Of a DNA stretch of 64,000 nt, positions 1 through 15,100 are shown in pieces. A model generated the notes under the pieces. It was not told the origin of the DNA and made no database searches. It was given only the letters and a program-made list of their open reading frames with translations. The stretch covers positions 62,001-126,000 of the forward strand of contig JAQGDQ010000257.1 of assembly GCA_030141605.1 (NCBI GenBank), given 5' to 3'. The position numbers and the translations under genes were made by a program. Within the stretch, counting starts at the first letter, position 1. The number at the start of each line of letters is the position of its first letter. The stretch is from Tubiluchus corallicola. Its lineage: Eukaryota; Animalia; Priapulida.

Positions 1-181
1 TCAGATTTAACCAACTGATAAAGTCCCGATCCGCTTTGGCAGTCAGCATTGGATTGTACTGGAAACCAGCGCCATTCGCGTGGTTAAACATCTGAGTGTT
101 GTGAATCCGTAAATACTGCGAATGCACCTCGATGCCATTCTTGTAATTGGCACTAACCTCGCAATTCTCCACTCTCGGATC
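1..181 (-). CDS. bark: bark-like exon 16 (partial)
   Basis: atgtag|DPRVENCEVSANYKNGIEVHSQYLRIHNTQMFNHANGAGFQYNP..., open to window edge. Confidence 0.83.
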
Positions 182-3100
182 CTACATTCAAGAATTTTTT
201 ATTAACTAATGCAACATACAAAAAAAAACGTAAAAGACAGTCAATTTAATATTTTCAAAATTATATAAACATGCACTACTAAAAACAAGTGCAGAGAACA
301 CTTCATGCCTGGTCTGATTTTTCTAAATGCGTATATATTCTGCGTCAACATTAGATTCTAAGCCATCGAAAAACTATGCAAAACCAAATTTAAGCATCTT
401 GTAATAAATAACTACATGCTTTCAGAATGCGATGATTTAAAAATGAAATCAAGCAGACACATAAACAAGCACAGATTATATGATGGCGTTGCAATACAAT
501 TTGCTCGGCACATATTCATAAAGTCTGCATTTGTAAATTTGTTGAAAAAATTTAAAGACTCGGGATTTCAAGTGCTAGTAAGAACAACACGTCAAATGGC
601 ATTTTAGAACTATTTGTTGGAAAAATATCAATCATAAGTCAAAATATGCAAACGAAGCATATACCAAGCAATACCATAGCACGACAAAGTGCAAACTAAA
701 CACACAGCAGAAAATAATTAAATTTCACAAGATCTACTAGTCAAATTTAACAACCTTGTAAATAAGCTTCAAGCAGGACACACTTATTCACAAATCCTTT
801 TGTTACGAGTATATAAAAGGGCAACAAAATTTCACTACAACAACAACAAGAAAAACATAAATGTATCAAACCTTAAATGGGTTACTGAACAGGACAGTTA
901 AGCCATTTTCATCATTGTTCTTAATCTTGAGGTTATTCAGCTGATGTTGGTTCATATCTATTTGCACTGCTGCAATATACTTGTGAGTTGCGTAGTCGAA
1001 TAAACCTGTATGAAGATATAATATAGCATCAAAGATACAACATATTGCTTAATTTTTATTGCATGTTTGTAAGAATTAGGAAGATCTAGGTACTGAGTGG
1101 ACATAATGTATTAAAGCTAGTACTTCATTCAATATTTAGGCTAATAATTCAATTTAGAGTAATTAGTCGTAACTATAAACAGTCTTGTGGCAATTTTAAT
1201 AATACTTACACTCTTGCCACCCTTTTCTCACTAAATGGAGATTGCTTTGTTTTAAGAGGAATTTTTTAGACTTCGTTGAAAATAAAACATTACTGCGATG
1301 CAGCATTAGTTATGGTGTGGCCATCTTTGCAAAAAACGTTAATTAGTAACGTTAATCTGCAAAATGAGCAATCTTGTGTGAATCTTATAAAAACTTCCTG
1401 GTCCATTTTGATGCAAATTACATTACATTCATTGTAGTGCAAAGTATCCTTAATGTTAATGTTAGTTATCCACAAAGTCAGGGTTGTAAAGGAACTTAGT
1501 TCGTGGAACAGAGTTCGTGAAACTAGCTCCTTCTTCAAGAACTTGGAATTGGAACTATTCCTTTTGTCAGAGACGAACTTGGAGCAAAAATAAGTTCCTT
1601 TCCAAGCCTATGGTTAACGTTTGTTAATTTTTACAGTTTTGGCACGAGTGCTCAATTTCTTTGCGTAGGCAAAATTAATTGCTTTCAGGAATATTTAACA
1701 GGTGCCAGCTTTTTAGGTAGTTAACAATGGATTTTTTTTTGTGCATAATGAGCAGACAGTAATGTAGTGAACGAGAACTGAACCTAGTTCCTTTTTTTCA
1801 AAGGAATTTGGAAACTGGAACTAGTTGCTTTTCGAAAAAATTAGAGGAACTACAAACGTGAATCAGTTCCTTTTGTCACAGATGAATGCGGAGGTGGAAT
1901 TAGTTGGTTTTCTTGCCCGAGAACTAAGAACTGGAGCTAGTTCTTAAAACTGAGAAATTTTTATACAGTCCCGCAAAAAGTAACCCTGAATTTGTGGAAA
2001 CAAGCCACGTCATGTGAAATAAAGTAGAAACCTGGAAATTATATATTTCTTATTTAATTTACTGTCTGTCTGTATGTACCTGCATTCTCGATCATGGTGT
2101 ATGACAATTTACTCGTATCAGCTTCAAGACTAAATCTGATTCCCGTCCATTTGGCCTCTTTACATCGTAGTCCCACCACCTCGGTGTCCTTGCAACTATT
2201 CTGATTTTCACCAATTTCTGCTCGACACTTGGTGATGTCCGTGTCGAGGTCACCACACTTGACGTTGGACATAATCGCTGGAATAACACCAGGAACAACG
2301 TCGAGCACGTTCCATTGCTCGTCATCTAATGCCAGACCTAGAAAAAGAATTTGGTTTTATTGCTTAACTTGAAAGTCACAAACAGGAATAACTTTTACTC
2401 AAAATTCACTGCTACATTTTATGTTAGCTGTAAATATTACAGTATTAGGCATTAAAGGCTTTTTAATAGTCAAAACCAATCTTAGATTCAATGACAACCA
2501 TCTAACATAATCTGGCTAATTATTACACATATAAAATGTTCGTGTATTACAATCCATCCTGACAAAGAACGAATCCTGCATTATTTCTTCAAAACATACC
2601 AAGTTGGTTACAAACAATGGAGGCATCCTCCACGGTCCATCCCTCTCTGCACACTGTACCCCATCTGCCCTCAAGGTACACCTCTAGGCGTCCCTCGCTG
2701 CCGCCACTCCCGCTGAGCCTAACAACGGAGCTGTTAGAACGAACTGTTGGTGACAGAGTGAAAGTATTCTGACTGGTGGAAGATCCCTGAGAGTTAAGCA
2801 TTCCCTGAACCATGGCTCCCAAACCGTGATTAAATTTCACCTAAAAAAACACAATTGCAACAATTAAAGAAAATATATTCTTTAAAGCAAAACAGGATCC
2901 GATCTTAAACTGTAGGTCAAAACAATCTACTCTTTGAATATTGAACAGAAACAGTATTTTTTTTCAAAAATGACTTACGTGAAAGAATTATTACTACACA
3001 AACACAATTTTGCCTTCGCGCCACTAGTTCATCGCTGTTACATGCAATTCGTCATTTGCTGGTTAGATGTCCACTAGCATCTGCACTTTGGAAATGCATT

Positions 3101-6100
3101 GTACAAAAAACAGGTTCTGTACTTCTCAGTTCAGATGTGTTAGTTTGTGATGAACTACACACATTCAACAGCTCATGCACGAGCACAGCGGTAAATTTGA
3201 ATTTTTAACTTAAAACTTACCAAGTTTTAGTACAGCACACTGAATATCTTACAGTAGAACTGTACTTCAATTTTCTCTTTCGCAAACATGTACAACATGC
3301 TCACAGAATATTTTTGCTGCTGAAAATTATGTTAGTTTGTGATGTCATCAATAGTTGGGCTCGCCAGCCGTTAAATTTCGATCTACTCAAACATTTTAAT
3401 CTATTATTTAATTATCAGAAACACTTTTGCAGTATTAATTGCGTTAAAAAGTATATATACTTTTTAGTGGGAAAATGGGTTAGTATATGAAAAATCATCC
3501 TGTCTTCCTTTAATCATATATGACAGATTTTGATTCGTTAACACAAAAATTAAGTTGTTTTCCTTATAAAATCAACAGGCTGCACTTACTGTAACACCAT
3601 GTTCGATTACTAATTGTCCATCCAATCCAATATTAATATCATCTATCACTGTGTAAGTGTTTCCTGTGTAAAGCCTCTCCCACCCATTTAAAAATCCACC
3701 TGTGACGAATAAAAAATTTTTAAAAAAGAATTCTAACCCTTTGCCAATGACGGACGAAATATGCACTGGAATGAGACAGCAAAACTGCATACAAAAAATA
3801 TGCTATACAGTAAAAAAAAATCACTCAGTTCTGAACAATCCTGCTTTCAATTTGAGAAGTGCTGCATAACCTAATAACCAATTGTAGACATTTTCAGAAA
3901 TCACCTTTTGGAAAATGAATTTTATTATACATAGTAGTTTATATCATTAGCGTCTCAGGTAGAATAAATCTGCTGCATCTATCAACACTTTTAAATGTTT
4001 GAACGGGTTTTAGATCTGCAAATCTCACTCAAATATAAAGGAGCAAATGTAAGCAAAATGCACTTACCAATATTGTTACCGTTGCGAAAAGGTTTATTAT
4101 AATTCGGAAGCTCATTAGAACCATGGCCGTTTAAATTTGAGTCGGGCAGATAGGGCCGAAATATGCACTCTGCGAGATTGTACCGAAACCTGTAGTCAAA
4201 AATCTTCTCAAAAATCGAAGGTACGTCGTTTGTACCCCACCAATTGTACGAAGCCGTGATTTCAGAAGCATGGTCGTCAAGGTGGGAGGCCATTTCAAAT
4301 TTAGAATCTCCATTGTCGAAGTAGTTCCGTTGTGGATAGGTGTTTGCTGATGATATGGCAACAACCGCTGCACCTCGGTTTCGTGGATTCAAAAATGGAA
4401 ACGGTTCACTTACGGCGTTCATCGACAACCAGTTCTTTGTAAAGATGGCCTCTTGTTTGTTGCTGCCATGTGATACACCAAGGCTTACAACATACCTGGA
4501 AACAAAATGTTTGCATAAATTATTAATCGTAGTTGTGTTATTGTATGGATACGACTACAAACTCCATTGAAAAGAAAAAATTTCATTGTCATAACTTACA
4601 AGCATAATATGTCAAGCGTCAAAATTTAGCGATACAAAAAGTTACGTTTTTGCTACTAATGCAAGAAGCAAATGACTGAACCAAGTCAGTAATTTGCTTG
4701 CTTGGAATTAATTTTGAAAAGTAAATATCGCGAATAGGCATTTGACAATGTCATAACTCCATAGCTTATAATAAAATATTATAATTACTAATTATTTTCA
4801 CTATTCCACTTAATCGGCACTGAGCAATTAATCACTTTGTTCACAAAGAGTGACAGCAAAAATAAACAGATAACTGTTGACAGGAACTTTAGGAAGAAGT
4901 AAAATCTCAACGATTTCAGCTATTATGGTGTCTCATAATTCGGCGAACCCAATAACTGCACTGACATCAAAAGAAAATACAAAATAATTTTTACATTTAA
5001 CTCAAAACAAAGGTATACCAACCTTCCTCTGTTATTTTTAAATGTGTTATATGACAAGTCCACGAAAGCGGGCAAGTGCGCATAGTCCGGGTAATCACCC
5101 CAGTAATTCTCAAATGTATTCCGTATTAACACCGAGCCGCGAGTTTGATATTCAAACGTGTTGTTTCCAATAGTAGCATGCATATTTACAGCAGGTACTA
5201 TTCGCAAGCCGTGACCTTCATTATTTCGAAATTCGTTCCATGCCATCCAAAATGTGAGATTGTATCCTTTGTCTATAAATCCGTAACTATATTCGCTATA
5301 ATTCGTGCAGGATTCCAAGTACACAACATCGTCTAGATTATTCGAGAATGTGTTGAAGCTGACGTTGAAAACATGCGGCAGACAGAAATTACCCTGAAAA
5401 TAAACAATGCTGCTAAAGCCAATATTGACCTTGGGACTGATTAAATTTTAAAATCTAAAAAAGACATACTTTCCAAAATTTATGGAACATCAAAGAAGGT
5501 TTAAATAATTTTTCACCTGTCACAATGTTGTGAGTGGTCGGAACTTCTTAAGGACAGCCAGCTTACTCAAGAAATATTACTTTTTGCTAATTTTAATACT
5601 ATCTTTGTAAATTGTACTAGTTCTCTGATAAAATAAATAGCAGATAATAATAAATATATAGAAGATTATTATACTGAAATTTAAAATACTGTTTTGCACA
5701 ACAAATTGATAAATGTTTGTGATTTTATAATCTTAAGTTGCGACTTGATGCTAATCATACCCCACTGTCTAGAAAAAACTAGCAAAAAACTCACTCAAAA
5801 TTTAAAAAACCTTAGTTGTACTAGTGTATTGCATTGTTTTAAAATCTAGACATAACTTTTTCAAATTAATCAGTATAGATATAATTTTCTCTTAAAACAT
5901 TTTCTTTGTCATAATTATCACATATTAAACTTGTCACAAATTTCCGCATTTGCACATCATATTTCTTCTTTAAAAAAATAAGCACATTTTGAGGCTCAGC
6001 ATTCAAAAATATGGAACAGTTGGAACTACCAGTTGAAACTCAAATGTTTAAAACAAAATTGGCAGATTGGAACTGGAAATTTGCAGCTTTTCTTACTTGT

Positions 6101-9100
6101 AGAATAGCGATTCCTTCACTGTACTGAAAGTTACTATACAGCACCTCCATACGCTGAAACACTGGTCGATGTAAAGCAGTGAGATTAAACCAAACCGATA
6201 TTGCATTCTCCGAGTTAGCAATAAACGTACTGTTGGTAATGTTGCGAGAACCTACCAAAAGAAGTCTAAGCATTAAAAAGGCGTTTATCTTGCTGTAAAA
6301 ATCACATTTTTTCCAACGTACATGGTTCCTCAATACACCACATCTTTATGATGAATTAAGCAGTAATTTTCTTGGCAAAAAAGAATGAGTGCTTAGTTAA
6401 TGGTGTGCAGTGCAATATCTCTGCAAAAAACTAACAAAAATGTGAGGATTATGAGCAAATGAAAAACAGTAAATTGTGAGAGAAGCTATTAAGCTATTTC
6501 GAATTACAAAACATTAGTTACATTTAAATTTCCTGTCACAAATATTGGTATATCAAAATTATTACATCTTATTTTTTATTTTTTTTCCAACTGACGCATT
6601 CCAAACTGTCCTTACCTCCAGAATAAGTGATATTTATCCCATTTCCGGTGTTACGCTCTATTATGCTACTGTTCACCGTTACGTCGCCCGCACCGTCTTC
6701 CACGTGCAGTCCGGCAACGTAGCCGTTTTCGGACAGCTCGGAACCGTGAATGTTCACATGCGATCGAAGGTTGTACACGCTGACACCACGCTGCAGATTG
6801 TTTCGCACATTAGAGTTGACAACTTCAAGATCGTAAGCTAAAAAGGTAATAATAGTTAAATTTCAGAAGCATATGCAAGTTTTATACTTAACTTATACAC
6901 AAGGAGCTACTTTACTGCTGAAAAAGAATCATTAAGCATAATCTTAAATGTAAGCTAAGATAAGTTGTTTTAGGTTGCGTAACGAGTAGTGTTGCTCCGG
7001 ATATCCGATTCGTATCCAAAAATGGTGATATTCGTGGGATTTTACAGGTATTCGTATTCGATATTATCTGGTAGTTATAAAAATATGATATTCGCCAATA
7101 TTCGCTAGGTATCCGGTTTTCGAAATGTGCAAATGAAAATGGTTTTCGATAATTTATCAGCCGAAAATAACTAAATAAAGTATTACCAAAAAACTTAGAG
7201 ATCATTTTAGCCTTTGTCTGTGCTTTCAAGACGAAAATTTTACACACATCTTTCTTCGTTTGTATGTGATAAACACAGTGCATTTTCAGGTTAGGTCCTT
7301 TAAGGTGATACATTAAACGAAAACGCTCTAAAGTTTGCAAACATTTACTTTATTTTCACCATTTATTTTTTACCAATTTTTCATTATACGAACTGATCCG
7401 CACATTCAATCTGAATTTAGCTAACCTATCCGGTTATAATCCGAATCCGAAAGTCAATTTGAGGAAATATTCGAAAATATCCGGTATTCTCTATCAAGCA
7501 AAAAAGTGTATCTGGAGCAACACTAATAAAGAAGATAATATGAAATTCAAATAAACAAAAAAAATTGTTAACAGATTTTAAAATTAATATTCCGGTTAAT
7601 TTGCATAGCAACAAGGAAAGGAAGAACATTATGGGATTTTGAGAATTACTACAAAATACACAACACTTATCTTTTACAGTAAATTGGCAAACAACAGTAA
7701 ACAGTTTGTTTAAAGTGACAAGTTACATTGCATTTAGATAATTTTCATTAGCGCCATTTTTCATTTAATTAATACATTTTAGAAAGATAGTTAATATAAG
7801 TTTCGTCATAATATCCATGCTCTACAACATAATGCTGCACATAATATGTAGCCATCCTTAGCAAAAAGGGCTACTTAGCTTATTTCAGCAAAACTGAGCT
7901 TCTGTGAAATCTCTATTCCAGCAAGCATTTTGATACCTGCTTCATACTTTAAATCTGAGCAGAGATAAGTTGTTTTGTGGTTGAGTAAACATGCTATGAC
8001 GAAATTGTAAAAACCAAGAAATCGGATTTCAAATTTTAAAATTAATATCTTGGTAAATTCCCTGTAGTGTAAGGTTCCAACCAGTCTTTTCTTGCAAAAA
8101 TGCAAAATGTATAAAAACTAACATTTTTGCAGAAAAAAATATTTTTTTTTGTGATTGTGTCACACAAATATGCTACAAAGTGTTTAACTTTGCCTTGGAG
8201 TCCTGTATTATGGAGAAAAATATTTAATGTAACTGTATCACTTAATCAGATTAATAGGTGGCAGCCTCACATCAATAATACATCAGCACACAGGTGCACG
8301 GTTGAGTGCCTCTACAGAGAGGTCATTACAAGATGAAAAAATTCAATACACAAGTACAGCTGCAGATCAAACCATAATAGCTCAGCATAACACACTATGT
8401 AGACAACTGAAAAGAGCATTAATATTATGGCTTCATAAGCATGACAGCTTAAAGGAAAGGGCAAGTTACTTAACATGCTGGGTTTATCTTACTGTTCTCA
8501 CTTTCATTTTAGAAAAGTATAAGCCGCCTTTCACTTAAAAATTATGGCATAACTGGTGGACTTTGTGACTTTCTCTAAGCATATGCTGCTTAAACTAATT
8601 TGAACTTCGGCTGCGCAGCTTACCTGAATTTCATGCAAAAATATCACAAAATCAGCTATCTAATTTTTTTGTAAAAACTTATTATACTTTTGAAGGAAAT
8701 TGACAGTGCACTACTTTTCTTCAGCCAGTGAATGACGTCATTGGTGGAAGAATAGGTATTCAAAACGCGAATGCTCGAGCATGAAGTGATTGTGACTGTG
8801 AAGTAATTTTACAAATTACACGAGAGCCGAGGTACTTACTACACTTTTATTACTAAATCCTTCTAACATTGAAATAAGTCCATCTTCCCAGAAAGCTTGG
8901 CCTTTCTTTTAACATATAATGGTTACAGTTAAGAACATGTTAATGAATTCAGGCTTTGTCATGCACAAGAAAACTGAACTGCACTGCAATCCTACATCAC
9001 TTACATCGTCCAATTGTGATTTCCAGAGTGAATCTTGTAATGTTTAAGTTCAAATTTGTGAAGCTCAACCACACAACTGGTCCAGTCGTCTGTATAGCTT

Positions 9101-12100
9101 GAGGCTTGGTATTGTTCACGATGGACAGATTGGCTAGAAGCGGTGAATCGCTATATTCTCCATCTCGTATAACTAGCTGCCCATTGTCGGTCGAATTTGC
9201 CCACATGTTCAGAATGGTCAGGGTCAGAATGCCGCGCTTAGTCTTGAATGTCTGAAGAAAAAAATAAGATATCTCACCAACTTCAGGGGAGAAATAATAA
9301 ATAGAAGTTTTTAGGTTATACTGCTTTGGATTACTTAGCATATGAGACATACTGGACACTTCAGGGTGAGAACCACATACCTGGCTTTAATAACAGTGAA
9401 ATAGAATATCTGTTACATAAACTTTTAACAGTTTAGCATGCTCATGCAGTAAGCTCATTATTATGATTTCGATTACTAACATCCGTGTAAACACTGTTAT
9501 ACGTTTAAGTTGCTACTAATTAAATGCATTGTAATTGTTTCTTGTAAAAATTATAATGCGAATAAAGATGATATATATATATATAAAAGTCACTACTTGG
9601 AGAAAGTTTACGTTAGTTACATAAACGTCGCACAGGTTATAAGAAAAGGAAACAACTTGCATTTTCAGCATAACAATCACGTTTCGAATGTTCTCAATGG
9701 CAGAGAGAGATTAGTAATGTAAATTGTAGTAATACTAATGTTCGTATACTAATACTAAATACTAATACTAAATACTTAGTAATACTAGGTCAACAATAAT
9801 AAATGGTAAATCCAGCAAATGAAAAACAAAAAGATAGCACAACATTCTTTTTAGAATCAACAATTTTCATACAAAATCTGCTAAAAACAAAATTAAGTAA
9901 ACAAAACTGGCTAAAACAATGAGACAGACATTTCCAATTAGCCAAGTAAGCAAAGAAACCAATGGAAAAATAAACAAAAGAGATCAACAAGCCTACCCTG
10001 GCGCACTGCACTCCCGTAGAGTTAGTTCTCTCTCCCACCATGACAAGAGGATATCGTTCGTTCTCTTGCAAGTCATTTCGAGTGCAAAACGTACTTATCA
10101 GCACAGGGCTGGTGTCAGCACGAGTGTAACGGATTCCATCGCCGTGATTATATTCAACTGTGCTACCCGTTACCGAAAAGTTGCCGTGTGTAGAGTTTGC
10201 TGCAATGCCATCGCCTGTAAAATCAGTTGAAAAGGTTTTAGTAATTGTAATAATCAAGTTTATTACATTCACGACAGCTTTATTTCATTTATTATGTATA
10301 AGAACTTCAAATAAGTCACTTAAAGAATTATTTACCAATTTCTGTCGAATCACGTGTAACAAGTAATGTTGCAATCAAATTTTAATTGAATAAAATTTTG
10401 TGTGCATACTAAAAGGATCCCAGTTGTAAACAACTGTAGTCCAGCCAGCAAATACAGCTACGTACAAATTTAAGTCTACAGGTAAAATGAATTTTACAAC
10501 CAACATTAATTTTGTTCACCTACGATCAGACATTTCTCAAATTTTTCTTCAAAAAGTTACCACATAACGCTAATCATCTACAAAAACACCAGGAGCCTCA
10601 TCCATAATCGCACCCCATAAATATCGACAAAGACTACTGAAATTTTCCAATTGATAAAGAAGAATCAGACAACAAAGATTTCTACATTTTAATGCCCAAA
10701 TGTCAATGACTGAGATTTGAATCAGTGCCTGTTAATCCTCTTATCCAAGGTGTTACAGTCATACCTGTGCAGTACTAAGAAGACTAATCGAATTATATCT
10801 GAAATTATTTGCAACATTAGCCATAATGTTTCACGTCACCAATTAAACACTAATCATGCATTATGAATTAGGAATTAATGAAGTAATAAAGATTAAGCAG
10901 CTTCTTTACACATTCCAATGTTTACTGCTTTCTGCCAAAACCACAACAAAAACTTTTGTAGCACCTAAAAACTTTTCACTTCCAAAATCGACTAATGGAT
11001 TCAAAATAAAGTTTCCTTTCGTTACAGTTTCCTCTACAGAAAAACTAGTTTAACATATTTCAAGAATGCCCGAATGCCCAGCAGCTTTAACATTCTCTGA
11101 AAATTTCCATTTCAAAAACAAACAAAGTTCGACAATCGCTCTATAGCTTGCCGTATTTCCGGCAAGTTTATTCTCAGGTAAACAAGCTGCGGTATAGTAA
11201 ATTAATAATCCACCTATGCTCTGATGCACGAACTTGTTCAAGTAGATCAAACAAAAACTGAAAGTGAAGAAGAATCTCAGCCGACCTGCAAGGGCATGTA
11301 ACTCACTTGATGAAATTATATGGCAGGATATCTTTTTCCCTGTAATTATGTCAGCTCTAACTGAAAATACTAGTATGACCTCTCGTTGTGGGCTACATGT
11401 CAGACAAAAAGCTAATTTATCACTACCCCGAACATGCAAAAATAACACCAATCGGGTTACAGAATGACAGACTAAGCACTATAATCACAATCAACTAAAC
11501 TTGACAAGCTGTTAAATTCTAAATATAATAAAAGTGAAATTTGTAATGTAAACCACCTGTAAGACTAGCTCGTAGAAAAGTCTGATTTATATGCACAAAA
11601 ATGTTTTTATACAAAATTAACATATGTAGATATATGCACTGATAAATTTACACGCCTTTTAAATCCATTCCTTTGTAAACGGTTAAAAGTGTGTTCCAAA
11701 CAATTAGAAAGAGACCACTGTCTTTTATTAGCAAAACAGCAGCAAAATTTAACACGTGAGGGCTGAAACCATTTTTACTTCCTATCATTTTACTGCTTCT
11801 TAAAATTTTACCCTGAATGGATGCAGAACCAACCATTTATAAATCATTCGCTCGAAGGTTATTTATATCTGTGAAATTCTCTACCAGAACACTGTTTCCC
11901 TGCTAATTTCAATCTTACTTGCTTCAAGAACAACTTTTGACAGGTGCGGCCTGTTACTAGCACATTAGTTCTCAAGTTTATGTATTTCTAGGACTTGCAT
12001 TTGTAGTTTTTGTTGAACTTCTGGAATATTTCACAGAGTTACAGTCTGGATTCTCAAACTGTAATAATAAGGTATTGGCGCTGAATGATAAGGTAAACAT

Positions 12101-15100
12101 GTCTGCATATAATCTACTTTGTTTCAAATTAATCAATTAATTTCAAATTAGTTAGCATGCAAATTAAGTTTATCTTACCATTCAGTGTTTATGCATTATT
12201 GTTTTTGTCCGTTTTTTATTTTAGACCAAGCTGAGGATGCAGAGTTAAACTTTGTAAAACATTCCAGAAGTTCAATAAATACTTATGTTCCTTTACTCTT
12301 ATCACAAAGTCTAAATTTTTTTTATTATTTAGTTTCAATTTTTTTTCTTTATTTGTTTATATTCGTAGTATTTTTTTATTGCTGTTATATTTTTATTGTA
12401 TGTTGTGTTGTCATATTTTTCTATAATTATCACTTTTTATTATGTTTTTAGTTTGATTTTGCAGTGACTAAAATTTTTCTTTAATTCAATCTGAGAAAGG
12501 TAGCTGACTTGATGACCAATTGGTCCCTCGCTACTCATTTTTCCTACACTCACTGTGACACTTTTCCTGACAACTTCATACTTTACTACTTCTGAATTAT
12601 TTTATATATGTACCTAGTTACTGTTCTTACGCTGTAAATTGTATATTTGAGGAGATAGATAAAAAATATCTATGTCTATGTCCAGAGACGCCTGCATTAT
12701 TCAATAGGTATTATTACGTTCACTTTCCAAATGCGTCTTCCCTTTATTTAGAGTGGCCAGTGGTCTAGAGTGGCCAGCGGTCTTATTTCAAGCAATCTGT
12801 ATATAAGTAACGCTAACAGCAAGAATTCGTAAATTCGGTTAATTCTGAAATATAACAAATTAGGCTCTAAGAAAACTTCCTCCATGATAGACAGTACTTG
12901 CAGTTAACACACAACCCCATTCACTAAAAGACATAGACGCATAGTTTAAATACTTGTAGGTCATATCAGCGTAACTGCCGGTCAAAAACAGGTTATTTGC
13001 CCAATTACGGTCTGGAGTAAAAACAGCCATGATGGGAAATGCGGCGCAAAAATACATGGCTATGCACTGTAATTGAACCTCTGATGACAATAATAAATAT
13101 GAAATCGGGTGGTGGTAGCACTTGGGTATTTAAAAAACCCAGCCTTGTTTAACCCAGACAGATGGAGCTCGGATGTGGAGAAGGAAGAACTCTTAAGCAC
13201 TGAGGAAGAATTGTGTAGATGTTGTGAACTGTATTTCAAGTTAGAACTACACAAAATAAAAACACTGCCAAATAGGTACTACGAATGTTATGAAACTAGT
13301 AACTGCTTTAAATTACAACTGAACAGGTCAGGTTCCCATATGTCATGTAAACAGATTTGTAATAATTATACGATATTTGTTAAAAAAAAGAATCTGGTGC
13401 TACTAATTCATATGTAGACTCAAAAAAAGAGCGCGAGTTAGCACAGTAGCTTTTACACACTTAGAGAATGTACACAGCCAGTTCACAACTGCTAACAATA
13501 GCACATCCAAGCATGTCCAACTGCACACAATGACCAGCTGTTCCCAATGCTCAATGGCTCTAAGTGACCAAAGAGTTCAATGCCAGCAGTTCCTGGCAAT
13601 GATACAGTAATGGACTAGAGGCTATAACAAGCCATAGGCAGTTTATAACTACACTGCACACTGCAAGATCCGGAGGAATGATATACTACAGATTTTGCGA
13701 ATCTGAGCGAGGAAATGTTGATATTCAAATGCTAGGCAAGTCAAAATAAAATGTTTCTGAAACCTGTTCTCTACGTTTGCTTTCTTTTCATCTGAAAAAC
13801 AGGTTTGCATATAATCATATTTTCTACAAGGCAAATTCAGTTTAATAAAATACTGTAGCCATAGTAGATAATTATATATTTTTATTGTACCAGCTGGTAC
13901 AAGTCTAGTGATTCGGGAACCAAAAGCATCGACCAATGCAATAACAGAAGTTTAAAACAAAGAGGTGCTTAAGAAGAAATTGCATAATGCATAGGCTGAA
14001 ACAGTCAGCACATAATTAAATAAAGTGCTACAGAATTAAGTATCTGTCTCTCAATAAAGTTTGCAGAAACAATAATATATTTATGTATAATGAGACGTGA
14101 TTGTATTTTAGGAGTCTGTATTGAAGCTAAGGGACCATTAAGATAAGACATTCAAAACACTACAGTTCCACATTAGTGCTGGCTCACATCTGTGAATCAA
14201 TAGAGTTGCTCATATAGTGAAAAGTTTTCCACGTAACATATAAGAAAATAGGAATTAAGCCTGATGTCTTTTAAATATGTGAAGGTGTGTACATTCACTA
14301 AACCACATGCAAATTAACAGTAAAATTATTTCAACGATGTAATCATGATTTAAGACAAATCACTTGTTGAGTGCAGTGTAAAACTGTTCAGCGTAAAGCT
14401 GACAACAATGGGTGTAAATAAACTCCAGAGTGGTTAGAACCGTACTATCCCTAAATACCTGTCAGGACAAAAAAGAGGAAAATGTCTTTCCTGTCTATAG
14501 AATTCCATCCATCCAAGTAAAAATCAATTCAAGAAAATTGGTCTCGAAGCTAGCTATCAGCCACATTGCCGAGACCAACACAAAGAACCACAGTCATAGT
14601 GAAATTTAGAATGATTTGAGATTTGAAAGGTTCATGTACTTTATGCTTTAACAAGGAATAATTGTGAAGAACACCCAGATGCACTACAAAACATCACAAG
14701 GCTGCTGAAAAGGAACGCGTCTGTAAAAAGGAAAAAACTGTCGCTACTACAGGCAAATTTTAAATAAGTTATTGATGTTACTTTGCACGGACAGTGGTAC
14801 AAATTCAAATTTAGGAATTACTTTCTAAAACAAATGCTTCATGGTCAGTTAACAGAAATGCTTACCTCTATTGTTAAGTATGTGGCAGTTGTTAATAACA
14901 GCGCGACCAATAATGAGACTGTAATTCAAGGCATTGAAGGCGGAATATTCAATTTTTACATCATTCAAGATGGGAGGATATCCACTTGCTTGCACAGCCG
15001 CTGTACCATTAACATGACCATCTTTTGTTAGCACTCCCGCATAGCTGATGTCTGTATACTCCAACACAGACAGACTTTCATTATAACTAGAATAGCAAAT

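Noticed and set aside
11992-12260. Nested plus-strand gene in a bark intron
   Set aside because: AG/GT-bounded segments give no recognisable protein and adjoin decayed retroelement sequence.
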